A stretch of DNA of 64,000 nucleotides. It comes from Pristiophorus japonicus. Its lineage: Eukaryota. The position numbers were made by a program, and so were the translations under genes. Under the pieces are notes generated by a model, which was given only the letters and a program-made list of their open reading frames with translations, made no database searches and was not told the DNA's origin. Shown here piece by piece: positions 52,005 through 64,000 of this stretch. The stretch lies in contig NC_091994.1 in NCBI RefSeq assembly GCF_044704955.1, forward strand, positions 1,736,001-1,800,000, given 5' to 3'. The stretch's first letter is position 1. Each line of letters begins with the position of its first letter.

Positions 52005-52170
52005 AATAAAAACAGAAAATGCTGGAAATACTCAGCAGGTCAGGCAGCATCTGTGGAGAGAGAAACAGAGTTAGCGTTTCAGTTCTGACGAAAGGTCATC
52101 GACCTGAAACTTGAACTCAGTTTCTCTCTCTCCACAGATGCTGCCTGACCTGAGTATTTCCAGCATTTTG
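52005..52170. mobile_element. Fold-back (inverted) Penelope terminal repeat containing a hammerhead-ribozyme-like core
   Basis: Arms 52016-52082 and 52104-52169 are near-perfect reverse complements and match the PLE end at 62240-62320; the centre reads CTGACGA-A-AGGTC-ATC-GACCT-GAAAC. Confidence 0.75.
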
Positions 52171-52501
52171 TCTCCTTTCGACACATCAGCATCTCCATCA
52201 TGCCTGTGCACCGGGAAAAGGTAAATGCCTGCTGTAGAGAATTGGACCCCAAGCTCCCTCTTTCTCTCTCCTCCTCCTGCCCAAGCTGTTTGTATTGATG
52301 ATGCTGGAGAAGAACCCTCCCTCCCCAGTCTGGGAGAGATACTTGCCCTGGGAACCTGGTCATCAGTGAGCTGAATTCTGCCCCCCGCTCCCACATCAAA
52401 GTAATCAATAAAATGCTTTTCCTCTAAAGGAGGAGGTCACTCACTCAATAACAGATAGTGACAAAGCTTAAACAGAGGAAAATTTAAATATATTGCATTA
52501 C

Positions 52502-52916
52502 TAACACTGGGGTACAGTACTGGTGGGTACAGGTCTGTCACTGTATACCACTGGGGTACAATACTGGTGGGTACAGGTCTGTCACTGTATAACACTGGGG
52601 TACAGTACTGGTGGGTACAGGTCTGTCACTGTATAACACTGGGGTACAGTACTGGTGGGTACAGGTCTGTCACTGTATAACACTGGGGTACAATACTGGT
52701 GGGTACAGGTCTGTCACTGTATAACACTGGGGTACAGTACTGGTGGGTACAGGTCTGTCACTGTATAACACTGGGGTACAGTACTGGTGGGTACAGGTCT
52801 GTCACTGTATAACACTCGGGTACAGTACTGGTGGGTACAGGTCTGTCACTGTATAACACTGGGGTACAATACTGGTGGGTACAGGTCTGTCACTGTATAA
52901 CACTGTGGTACAGTAC
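52502..52916. repeat. 44-bp minisatellite, ~9.4 copies, in a GATAD2A intron
   Basis: Unit taacactggggtaca(g/a)tactggtgggtacaggtctgtcactgta. Confidence 0.95.
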
Positions 52917-53125
52917 GTATGGAAAGAGGTCTGGTGGTGGAAAGAATCTGAGGGGATGAATTAAGTGCAACATTTGATGCACATTAAACTGGATGAGAGC
53001 AATCTGCCCTTCATGTATTGGCAATGATGTGAAATGAGCCTCCTGGCAACACTGGGACTGGGAACAGTGGCAGGATTGTCACAGGTGCCGAACCCGTCTG
53101 AGTCTGTAACTTCCTGCCCGCTTAC

Positions 53126-53328
53126 CTGTTCTTGCTGAAGGGCCTTCACAAATGCCGCTTTCAGGCGATTGGTATGTTCAGCTTTCAATGCCTTCTTCTG
53201 ATTGGACGTCACGCACTGCTCGCACATGATCGTCCCAGTCTTTCCTTGCCTCCAACGACAAGTGAAGTCAGTTTTACATTGAGAACAAGCGTATGGCTCT
53301 TGTGTCGATCCCTGCGTGGAACCTTTAC
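53126..53328 (-). CDS. GATAD2A: GATAD2A exon encoding the GATA-type zinc finger ([12 protein letters not shown]...CEQC...[23 protein letters not shown])
   Basis: ctttcacag| acceptor and CAG|gtaagc donor, phase 1/0, 203 nt. Frame is continuous with neighbouring exons. Confidence 0.95.
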
Positions 53329-55246
53329 CTGTGAAAGCAGGTAAACACAGTGCATTCAGAACACAAAAAAAACATACATTTCTATAGAGCCTTTCATGAC
53401 CACCGGACAATTCAAAGCACTTTACAGCCAATGAAGTACTTTTGAAATGTAGTCACTGTTGTAATGTGGGAAACGCGGCAGCCAGTGTACACACAGCAAG
53501 CTCCCACACACAGCAATGTGATAATGACCAGATAATCTGTTTTTAGGTGCTGATTGAGGGATAAATATTGGCCAACAGGCAGGTCAAGATAAACCCGCCC
53601 TTGTTGCCAAGTCCAAGTTAAGCAGGATGAATGTGACTGAGTGGATCGAGTGTGGTACCAGTACAACCCGGGTCTTAGTTGGGTTGATAATGAAGATGGT
53701 ATCGCTGGCTTCAAGTACTTGTACCCCATGAGGAAGCAACCCACTCAGGTTTACACGGCAGAATCTGGGGACACTCAGTTCAGCCTGATCACATCCTCAC
53801 CCTCGGTCCACACACACAGGACTGGGAGGAGAAACTTCTTCACTCAGAGGGCGGTGAATCTTTGGAATTCTCTACACCAGAGGCTCGTGGAGGCTCAGTC
53901 GTTGAGTATATTCAAGATACAGATCGACAGACTTTTGGATATTAAGGGAATGAAGGGATATGGGGATCGGGCAGGGAAGTGGAGTTGAGGTCGAACATCA
54001 GCCACGATCTCACTGAATGGTGGAGCAGGCTCGAGGGGCCGAATGGCCGACTCCTGCTCCGAATTCTTATGTTCTCATACACCTACCAACAACAATGGCC
54101 AGCAGCGGAAACCCTGCGGTATTTTTCACTGCTCTCCCTAGCGCAGGTCTGTGCAGGTGAATTGTAGCCTTGCCTGAAAATTGCTGTCTCAGTGCAAGCT
54201 CGGGACTGATCCCAGCTGCTTTAGTGATCGAGAATACAGATTTAATACGAGAGAAATAAAACCAGAGTAGACGAGGAAAATATTTTTACGCAGCGAGTTG
54301 TTGTGATCGGGAACGCGCTGCCTGAAAGGACGGTGGGAGCAGATTCAATAGTGACTTTCAAACGGGGAATTGGATAAATACTTGAAGGGGGGAAAAAAAT
54401 GCAGGGCTGTGGGGAAAGAGCAGGGGGGGGGGGGGGGGGGGAGTGGGACACACTGCATATCTCGTTCAAAGTGGCAGCACAGGCTCAATGGGCCGAACAG
54501 CCGCCTTCGGTACTGTAAGTTTCTATGGCTGTTGCAGTACATTCCAGTACTAGAAGTTATCGCAGTTTTCTTGGACTTCAAATTCTTAAATTCTATCCTC
54601 GACTAACACCAAAATCAGATCTGGAGCCTTGATTTTAGAATCCAGACCCAACATGACAACTACAGGAAACAAGCAGGAGGGAGGGAGGGAGGGAGGGAGG
54701 GAGGGAAAGAGAAAGGCATTAATTGGCCGGCTCGTTCAAAGAGCTGGCAAGGCTTGACGGTCGAACAGCCCCCTTCAGTGACAAGTGTATATGAGCCGTC
54801 GTCTGAAGAAAGGCTGAGCAGGTTGGGCCTGTACTCATTGGAGTTTAGAAGACTGAGAGGTGATCTTATTGAAACATACAAGACTCTGAGGGGGCTTGGC
54901 AGGATAGATGCAGAGAGGATGTTTCCCCTCGTGGGGGAATCTAGAACTAGGGGACATAGTCTCAGAATAAGGGGTCGCCCATTTAAAATGGAAATGAGGA
55001 GAAATTTCTTCTCTCAGTGGGTTGTAAATCTGTGGGATTCTCTGCCCCAGAGAGCTGTGGAGGCTGGGTCATTGAATATATTTAAGGTGGAGACAGACAG
55101 AAGGGAGTGAAGGGTTATGGGGAGTGGGCGGGGAAGTGGAGCTGAGCCCCAGCCATGATCTTATTGAATGGCCGACTCCTGCTCCTATTTTTTATGTTCT
55201 TAACGATCCGACAGGCAAAGTATTGTGCGCAGGAAGCACGGCGCTA

Positions 55247-55675
<429 letters not shown>

Positions 55676-57347
55676 TTAACCCTCCACTACCATCCCGAGT
55701 CTTAATTATTTATTTATTGGTTCACGCGATGTGGGCGCACGTTTATTCCCCTCGAGAAGGTGGTGGTGAGCCGCCTTCTTGAACCGCTGCAGTCCGTGTG
55801 GTGAAGGTGCTCCCACAGTGCTGTTAGGGAGGGAGTTCCAGGATTGTGACCCAGCGACGATGAAGGAATGGCCGATATATTTCCAAGTCAGGATGGCGTG
55901 TGACTGGGAGGGGAACGTGGAGGTGGTGGTGTTCCCATGCACCTGCTGCCCTTGTCCTTCTAGGTGGTAGAGGTCGCAGGTTTGGGAGGTGCTGCCGAAG
56001 AAGCCTTGGCGAGTTTGATGACCTCAACTCATTTCTCAGTGAACAGGACCATCGAATCACCTGCTTGCGAGAAGCGTCCAATCTCAGAAGTTGTAAAAAC
56101 TTTGGTGAGGAACCCCTGGTGGCTATCCCCAGTGCCGCACAGAGTCACTAAGACTAGTTGGGATTACTGTCTGAGCTCAGGTATTTGAAAACAACCAGGG
56201 CAGTTCAAATGGACACACTTCCCCTGGACTGGACTGAGGGAGTGAGGAGATGTTGGAAGCAAGGACCCCCCCCCTGTGCCCCCACCCAATCTGAAAGTGC
56301 ACATCACGAGAGAACAGGATTAGAGTTAGCCGTGAAACCTCCCACAGTTGAACATCTCCTCATAAAAGAGGCGGGTGGTACACTGGTGCAAGAGACTGAA
56401 ACGTCACTCTGCTGCAGCCGGAGGTGCTCTTCTGAAGTTTGGGGAAGAGACTGAGGGGATGGGTAAAGGTATCAGGGGAGATGGAAAGCAGGCGGGCGTG
56501 GCGTTGAGGTACAGATCTGCCATAATCATAATTTAATAGAACAGTAGAATAAGTTCGAGGGGCTGAATGGCCTACTCATGTTCCTATGTCCCTGTAAGGG
56601 AAGGAGCTTTACTTTGCAGTTCACCTTTGATGTACCGAACCCAGTGTTGGCATTAACAGCGTGTGGGGGAAAAAAACTGGTAATGTTTCATTCCTCAACA
56701 GTGGCATCCTTAAGCACAACCCTCCCCAAATATCCATAGCAGGTTACATAATCAGTGCTAACTCTGATATAGTCGCCATGTTGAAATCAAGACTCGTACC
56801 CCATCTCCTATTGTCATTCATTCTTTCCCAGGATCTCAAAGCCGATCCTTTCCCAGGATCCCTTCCCCTTACAATCTTGAGTTCGAAACACACAGACTGT
56901 CAGCTGATCCTTACTAGCGCTCAACTCAGAGCTCCGACACGGCAAGTGAGGCCCAGGTGGGCAGAGGAAACGTTACAAGGACACCCTCAAAGCCTCCGAC
57001 ACCTGGGAGTCCCTGACCCAAGACCGCCCTAAGTGGAGAAGCACCCGGGAGGGCACTGAGCACCTCGAGTCTCATCGCCGGGAGCTAAGCACAGACAGCG
57101 GGAGGAGCACACGACAACCCAAACACCCCACCCACCCGCCCCTCCAACCACCGTCTGCCCCAGACACCACCTGAGACAGAGACTGCAGGTCCTGCATTGG
57201 GCTCATCAGTCACCCGAGAACTCGTATTAGCATGAAGCAAGTCATCCTCGACTCCGAGGGACTGCCTGAGAAGATGACGACGACTTCCCCACCCCGGCCC
57301 AGCCCGATGTGGACACGGTTCGGGGTACCCCCCCGTCGGCAGCTTAC

Positions 57348-57518
57348 CTGTGGAATGTTGACGAGCAGGCTGGTGTTGGGGACGTTGGCCACGCGAATCA
57401 ATCCCTGCGAAAGGATCCTCTGGCCCTGGATCTGCACCGTGTTGGGCACCGAGGCCCGGGGGGCCAGTAGCAGGGGCGGTGGAGCCGTGCTGGCATGTGG
57501 CCTGATGGCGTGGATTTG
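57348..57518 (-). CDS. GATAD2A: GATAD2A exon (QIHAIRPH...[13 protein letters not shown]...[20 protein letters not shown], 57 codons)
   Basis: tttctccccag| acceptor and CAG|gtaagc donor, phase 0/0. Strong match to recalled GATAD2A sequence. Confidence 0.93.
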
Positions 57519-58347
57519 CTGGGGAGAAACAGACATTGGCTAACAGAATGGGGCAATGACGGATGGAATGGTGTGAGCGGAGGGGTGGGGTGGGGAAATG
57601 AAAGCAAGGCAGAAAAGAAAAGGGGAGAGGTTATTCAGGATTCCAGCAAGGTACATCGCACTGCAGTGCAGTCATACAGAGGTAAGCAACCTGCTCACAA
57701 CTGGAGTTGTTGAGTTGCTCCAGAATATTGTTGACACTGTATAAAGCAGATTCACAAACAGGGTGCAAGCAAAGTGTGCAAAAACAAGTAAAAAAACTTA
57801 AGGGGAAAAGAGCAAGTTTAATTTATGGAGGAGATGGCAAAGAGAGACACAGAAGAGGGCAAAACATATCTGCAACATGCACTTTTCAGCTACCCATTCC
57901 ACTCATGGATATCTAAAAATATATTTAAAACCTACAACCTGGCAATATTTATTATCATAGAAACTTACAGCACGGAAGGAGGCCATTTCGGCCCATCATG
58001 TCCGCGCCGGTCGACAAAGAGCCACCCGGCCTATCCCACATTCCAGCTCTGGGTCCGTAGCCCTGCAGGTTACGGCTCAAGTGAATCTCCCACGACCACA
58101 GATATAATGGGAACCGAGCAAGCAGGCTCGTCATGCTGTAACTGCGCCCTCCGCACAGTGCCGACGACACAGTAACACGGGACGAGAACGCAGTCGCGAT
58201 CCGGGGTACGCAGACCCACAGCACAACATCTGTGGCTTTACTCAACCTGTTATATTAAGTGATTTGCACACTTGGGATAGCAGTGAGATTTGCACTACAC
58301 TAAAAAAGTAACAAGACGATAAAATGCTGAGAGCAGTGTAAGAAATA

Positions 58348-58361
58348 GCGCCACCTAGTGG
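58348..58361 (-). promoter_or_regulatory. CTCF core motif in a GATAD2A intron
   Basis: CCACTAGGTGGCGC on minus is an exact match to CCASYAGRKGGCRS, in unique sequence. Confidence 0.5.
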
Positions 58362-58789
58362 ACTACTGCGGTAATGCTGCCGCTGATGTAAATTCAATGA
58401 CGGCATTAGGTGACAGGTCACCTGACAAGTTCCTGAGCAGAGCCATCTGGTAAGTATGTGCATTGTGATGTGGTAGAATATATCACAAGCAGCAAATTAC
58501 AAAGGCGGCGGCTGTGGGGAATCTGCCATTTTCAGCACGTTTGGTTGCTGCTGATAGTTGGTCCTACGAAGGAGGACATGGTTTTGGTAAGGTCACTTTG
58601 AAGTGCTTTTGTACAGTACAGTGCAGCTTAAAAAGCACAGAAAATGCTGGAAACACTCAGTAGATCAGACAGCATCTGCAGAGAGAGAAAGAGTTAACGT
58701 TTCAGGTCTGAGACATCAACTCTGTGTTTCCCCCCTGTACTGAAATCCCGTTTCTTTTCAATATTTCTTCTTGGGATATGAGTAGCATG

Positions 58790-59400
58790 AGAATCAGGAG
58801 GAGCCGGCCATTCAGCCCCTCGAGCCTGCTCCGCCATTCAATAAGATCCCGCTGATCTTCGACCTTAACTCCACCTTCCTGCGCTGTGAGGAAAGACTGG
58901 ACAGGCTGGGGTTATGTTCTTTGGAAGCCGAGAGGAGACCTGATTGAGGTGTATACAATTATGAGGGGCCTGGATATAGTGGATAGGATCTATTTCCCTT
59001 AGCAGAGGGGTCAACAACCAGGGGGCATAGATTTAAAGTCATTGGTAGGAGGTTTAGAGAAGATTTTGAGGGGAAATTTCTTCACCCAGAGGGTGCTGGG
59101 GGTCTGGAACTCACTGCCTGAAAGGGTGGTAGAGGCTGAAACCCTCACCACATTTAAGTAGTACTTGGATGTGCACCTGAAGTGTCGTGACCTACAGGGC
59201 TACGGACCGAGAGCTGGGTAGCTCTTGGTCGGCCGACACAGACACGATGGGCCGAATGGCCCCCTTCCGTGCTGTAAATTTCTATGATTCTATCCCCCAT
59301 ATCCCTTGATTCCCTTAATATCCAAAAATCTATCGACCTCTGTCTTGAATATACTCAAATACTGAGCATCCACAACCCTCTGGGGTAGAGAATTCCAAAG
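58790..59400. mobile_element. Plus-strand CR1 3' fragment (58886-59293) nested in a minus-strand CR1 tail
   Basis: The host tail ...ctccaccttcctgcgc | ccccatatcccttg... is interrupted. Confidence 0.75.
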
Positions 59401-60260
59401 AGTGTCTACGTTATTTTTATACCCTTGCACTGTGCAACATTCCAAGCCAGGAAAACGACTTGCTCTCACGGATCGTGCCAGTGTCTGGCCCCGGATTAAT
59501 AGTGACCCTCAGTGGCACTGTTGGAAATAGGATAACACCATTATTCTCAGCCCCACTCTTACAATTCACCACCCCGAGAAGTAGTTGTTTCTCCTCATCT
59601 CAGTCCTAAACGTCCAACCCCTTATCCTGAGACACTGACCCCTGGTTCTAGACTCCCCAGTCCAGGGAAACATCCTCACTGTCAATCTGGCAAGGCAGCA
59701 TTTACTGTTCATCCCTGGTCGCCCAGAGGGCATTGTGTCAACGACATACTTCCTGAGGGACATGAGCGAACCAGTCGGGGCTAATATAACAATCTGACGG
59801 TTTTTATTTTAACACACTGAGCTGCTCGGGACACAAGTTGTCCTTAAACAAGGATGTCGCGTCATAAGCCATCCAAAAAAAAGTGTAGTTTAATTCACTG
59901 TGTCCCTCATCAACTGGCTGTATGCAAAATGGCTGGGGCTATTTCCCTAAACAAGGTGACTAACTAATTTATTGTATGTAAAGCACCTAAAATTATTTTT
60001 GGAGCGATGAAACAAACGGCTATGCAAATTAAGAGTTTGTTTCTGTTTTGAATTTTTTTTTTTAATATACTGGACCTAGTTGGGCTTGTAGGAGTCGCTG
60101 GATCTAATCGTCTGAGGGAGCTGAATTAACACAACCGATTTGCCACGATCAATGACGCAAGTTAGGTTGCTCAATCTATTTCTGTATTTGGAAGCTGTGG
60201 CTACTTGGACTTTCCAATCACCGAACAAACACTCGGCGATTCCCCTCGCCGGCCGCTCAC

Positions 60261-60392
60261 CTGCGCTCCTCTCACTAATGGTGGCATCACGATCTGTGAG
60301 TTCTGCTGTGGTCCAAGCTTTGAGGTTCCCTGTAGACCCCCACGAACCAACGGTGGTGGGATTACTGTACCCACCGTGCGGGCAGCGGTTAC
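60261..60392 (-). CDS. GATAD2A: GATAD2A internal coding exon ([19 protein letters not shown]...MPPLVRGAQ, 44 codons)
   Basis: tcttgcag| acceptor and CAG|gtgagc donor, phase 0/0. PPLVRG repeats are typical of p66-alpha. Upstream exons were not found and presumably lie beyond 64000. Confidence 0.92.
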
Positions 60393-61429
60393 CTGCAAGA
60401 CAGGCGTGCATGTTTAGGAATACTTTTTTTTTATAAATGAAAACCAAATTACAGTCTTCCCTCTATCCCTCATCAAATGTCTCTGCCATTTTTCTCTCCC
60501 ATGTCAAAGTTAACCAGGATTAAATTCTTATGGGCACCATTCAATCGCTGCACCTTGCCCCAAGCGACCATTAGTCATGTGTCAGGCTTGGCAGCGAATG
60601 CCAGCAAGCTGTTTAACCCGAGGGTTCATCAAATCGCAGCCAAATCGTGCCCCAACCTGAAAACTGATGCAGGCAAGACTATAATAAAAACGTAAGGAAT
60701 AGGAGCAGGAGTCGGCCATTCGGCCCCTCGAGCCTGCTCCGCCATTTAATACGATCATGGCTGATCTTGGACTTCACTTTCCCACCCAATCCCCATTCCC
60801 CTAGAGTCCAAAAATCTAACGATCCCAGTCTTGAATATACTCATCGACAGCCCTCTGGGGCAGAGAATTCCAAAGATTCACCACCCTCCAAGTGAAGAAA
60901 TTCCTCCTCATCTCAGTCCGAAATGGCCAACCACTTATCCTGAGACTGTGACCCCTGGTTCTAGACTCTCCAGCCCGGGGGAAACAGCCTCTCAACGACA
61001 ATAAGTGAACTGCAAACTTATTAAAGGAGTACTTGGTGCCAACATTGCCGTTAAGCTGCGTGGTTTGGAGGTCCTGCGCGTGCACGGAAATTTGTATGGG
61101 CCACGCAGCCAGTTAAAGGGGCCACGCAGCCAAGCAAAATTAGCGGGAACATTGCTTGGTACCTGTTTTCATTCCCACGCACAAGGGGAAAATATAATAT
61201 GACTTTAGACAAATCTCCAGGATATGACTGTTTCCAACCTCAGACTATTAAAAGAAATGGATGAGGAAATTGCAGATGACTGAAGTAGGAATTTTTCGAA
61301 GCCCTCTTGATGCAGGAACTGTGCCTCTGGTTTGGAAAATGGCAAAAATGTCACTTCATTATTTAAGGGAGGGAGGGAGAGATAAAAACGGTAACCACAG
61401 AGCTGTCACTTTATCATGTGGCACCCAGA

Positions 61430-61840
61430 GACTCAGTGGGCAGCACTCTCTGCTCCGAGTCAGAAGGTTGTGGGTTCAAGTCCCACTCCAGGGACATGAG
61501 CACAAAAATCTACGCTGACACTCCAGTACAGTGCTGAGGGACTGCTGCACTGTCTGAGGTGCCGTCTTTGTGGTGAGACATTAAACCGAGATCCCACGGC
61601 ACTATTTCAAAAGAAGAGCAGGGGAGTTATCCCTGGTGCCAATATTTATCCCTCAACTAACATCACAGATGTCACAGATTATCTGATCATTATCGCATTG
61701 CTGTTTGTTGGAGCTTGCTGTACACAAAATTGGCTGTCGTGTTTCTTACGCAACAGTTCAAAATAGTACTTGATTGGCTGTAAAGCGTTTTGGGGTGTCC
61801 AGTGGTTGTGAAAGATGTTAAATAAACTCAAGTCTTTCTT
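61430..61840 (+). mobile_element. Deu-domain SINE with a single 33-bp unit, inserted in an old CR1 (61200-62240); other partial SINEs at 53375-53573 and 63555-63780 (-)
   Basis: ctcagtgggcagcactc...gtcagaaggttgtgggttcaagtcccactcc, Deu core and tail. Confidence 0.82.
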
Positions 61841-62239
61841 TTTATCAGGTGTGGGGAATCTGGAATCTATCAGAGGCAGAGTGACCGAGTACTTAAATTT
61901 GAGCTGCTCAGAGTGAGCAGGGATGTAATTTGGGGGAGGGGAGTTGCATGTCTGACTAAACTAGGTGGAATTAGTTTTTGAAGTGATGGTAGATATGGAC
62001 ATGATCGATGTGGACTTCCAGAAGGCATCCGGTAAGATGTTGCATGAGTGATTAACAAAAGCCAAAGTGCACAGACTTGGAAATAACCTGGTTATTGGTT
62101 ACGAGATAGGACAGAGAGTAGGGATAACGGGAAGATTCTCTGGTAGGTTGTGACAAGCGGGGTTCCCAAGGGATCTGTATTGGGGCCTCGGCTTTTCACC
62201 ATATATATCAATGACTTGCGTGAAGGGATGAGAGAGTTG

Positions 62240-63545
62240 CATAAAAACAGAAAATGCTGGATTACTCAGCGGGTCAGGCAGCATCTGTGGAGAGAGAAAC
62301 AGAGTTAATGTTTCAGGTCCGTGACCCTTCGTGGAAGAAGTTCGAGATGTAATAGGTTTTTAAGCAAGTGTAGGGGCAGGGGAAGGAGCGAGGGGACGAA
62401 AGAACAAATTGAAAGTCTGTGATAGGCAGCAGAGATCGAGACAAAAGGGATGATGGTGCAAGGCAAACGGAGATGGAAATGGGGCAAGTTAATAAACAAA
62501 AGATGAGTCGAGACAGGGTGTAAATGGCAGAATCAAGAGCTGCCATGGGAAAGAGAAAAAACAGAAAATAGGGGCAGGGGTTACGCTCTGAAATTGTTCA
62601 ACTCAATGTTGAGTCCAGGAGGCTGTAAAGTGCCTAATGAAAGATGAGGTGGTTCCTCGAGCTTGCGTTGAGCTTCGTTGGAACAGAGCAGGAGGCCGTG
62701 GACGGAGAGGTCAGAGTGGGAGTGGAGCAGGGAATTAAAGTGACAGGCGACCGGAAACTCAGGGTCATGTTTACAGACTGAGCGAAGGTGCTCCGTAAAA
62801 CGGTCATCCAATCTACACTTGGTCTCCCCAATACAGTATATTAAATTGAAAGTACAAGTAAATCGCTGTTTCACCTGGAAGGAGTATTTGGGGCCCTGGT
62901 CAGTGGGGAGGGAGGGGGTAAACGGGAAGATGTTGTATCTCCTGCGCTTGCACGAGACGGTGCCATGGGAAGGGGAGGGGGTGATTGAGGAATGGTGGGG
63001 GGGAGGGGAAGATGTGTTTGGTGGTGGGACCACGCTGGGGTTGGTGGAAATGTCAGGGGATGATCCGTTGGACGTGGAGGCTGGTGGGGTGAAAGGCGAG
63101 GACAAGGGGAACCCTGTCATGGTTCTGAGGGGGGAAGGGGTGAGAGCAGAAGTGCGGGAAATAGAACGGACACGGTCGAGGGCCATGTTAACCTTGGCAG
63201 AGGAGAATCCTTGGTCGAGGAAAAAGGAAGACATGTCAGAGGCACTAGTGTGGAAGGTGGCATCGTCAGAGCAAATGCGACGGAGAGGGAGACACTGGGA
63301 GAATGGAATGGAGTCCTTACAGGAAGTGGGGTGAGAGGAAGTGTAGTCCAGGTAGCTGTGGGAGTCAATGAGCTTATAGTGAATGTTTGTCAGTAGCCTA
63401 TCCCCAGAAATGGAGACAGAGAAGTCGAGGAAGGGAAGAGTCGGGGATGGACCGTGTGAAGGTGAGGGAAGGGTGGAAATTAGACGCAAAGTGAATGAAA
63501 TGTTCTAGTTCAGGGCGAGAGCAGGAAATGACACCGATAGTCATT
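62240..63545 (-). mobile_element. Penelope-like retroelement: RT C-terminus, degenerate GIY-YIG endonuclease and 3' terminal repeat
   Basis: LPFLD, YLDYTSSHP...SIPFSQ..LRRICS, FTC..NLIY-CIGETK.RL..RF.EH...PVACHFN...GTLQPPGLN. Confidence 0.88.
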
Positions 63546-63780
63546 AACGTACCGGTTTTATATCAGCGCTTTCACCACCACCCAACATCACAAAGCGCTT
63601 TACAGCCAATGAAAGTGTAGTCACTGTAGCAATGTAGGAAACGTAGCAGCCAATTTGCACACAGCAAGCTCCCACAAACAGCAGTGTGATAATGGCCAGA
63701 TAATCTGTTTAGTGATGTTGATTGAGGGATAAATATCAGACCCAGGAGAACTCCCCCGCTCTTCTTTGACATAGTGTCAT

Positions 63781-64000
63781 GGGACCAAACTGGTAGCAAT
63801 GCGGTGGAGGAGGATTTCCTGGAGTGTATTAGGGATGGTTTTCTAGACCAATATGTCAAGGAACCAACTAGAGGGCTGGCCATCCTAGACTGGGTGATGT
63901 GTAATGAGAAAGGACTAATTAGCAATCTTGTTGTGCGAGGCCCCCTTGGGGAAGAGTGACCATAATATGGTAGAATTCTTTATTAAGATGGAGAGTGACA
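63781..64000 (+). mobile_element. CR1 endonuclease fragment running off the window
   Basis: EEDFLECIRDGFLDQYVKEPTR...SDHNMVEF; nearly identical to 1985-2200. Confidence 0.9.

Noticed and set aside
62581-63489. 302-aa ORF as a host gene
   Set aside because: Penelope RT/GIY-YIG remnant with internal deletions and frame-scrambled segments.

Overview
Vertebrate genomic DNA, most likely from a cartilaginous fish (shark). This assignment is inferred from the repeat landscape: CR1/HER1-type LINE tails, Deu-domain (SacSINE1-like) SINEs, and L2, RTE and Penelope elements. Real genes: (i) two intact, intronless, tandem TSSK6 paralogues on + (14261-15073 and 23009-23821; both 270 aa; about 74% identical by manual count); (ii) the 3' seven coding exons of GATAD2A (p66-alpha, NuRD subunit) on -, convergent with TSSK6 as in mammals, followed by a ~4.6 kb repeat-free putative 3'UTR; (iii) a CpG-rich promoter/first-exon candidate on - near 1.1-1.25 kb. 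Most of the rest is decayed retroelements, many nested or inverted, plus minisatellites that have grown out of SINE and L2 interiors. I see no convincing novel multi-gene system. The best leads are the TSSK6 duplicate pair with a conserved core promoter and a conserved -13 upstream ATG, the recurrent 33-bp expansion inside independent SINE copies, Penelope-borne minimal hammerhead ribozyme remnants (one in a fold-back beside a GATAD2A exon), and candidate GATAD2A splice variants. Repeat boundaries are approximate, read by eye.
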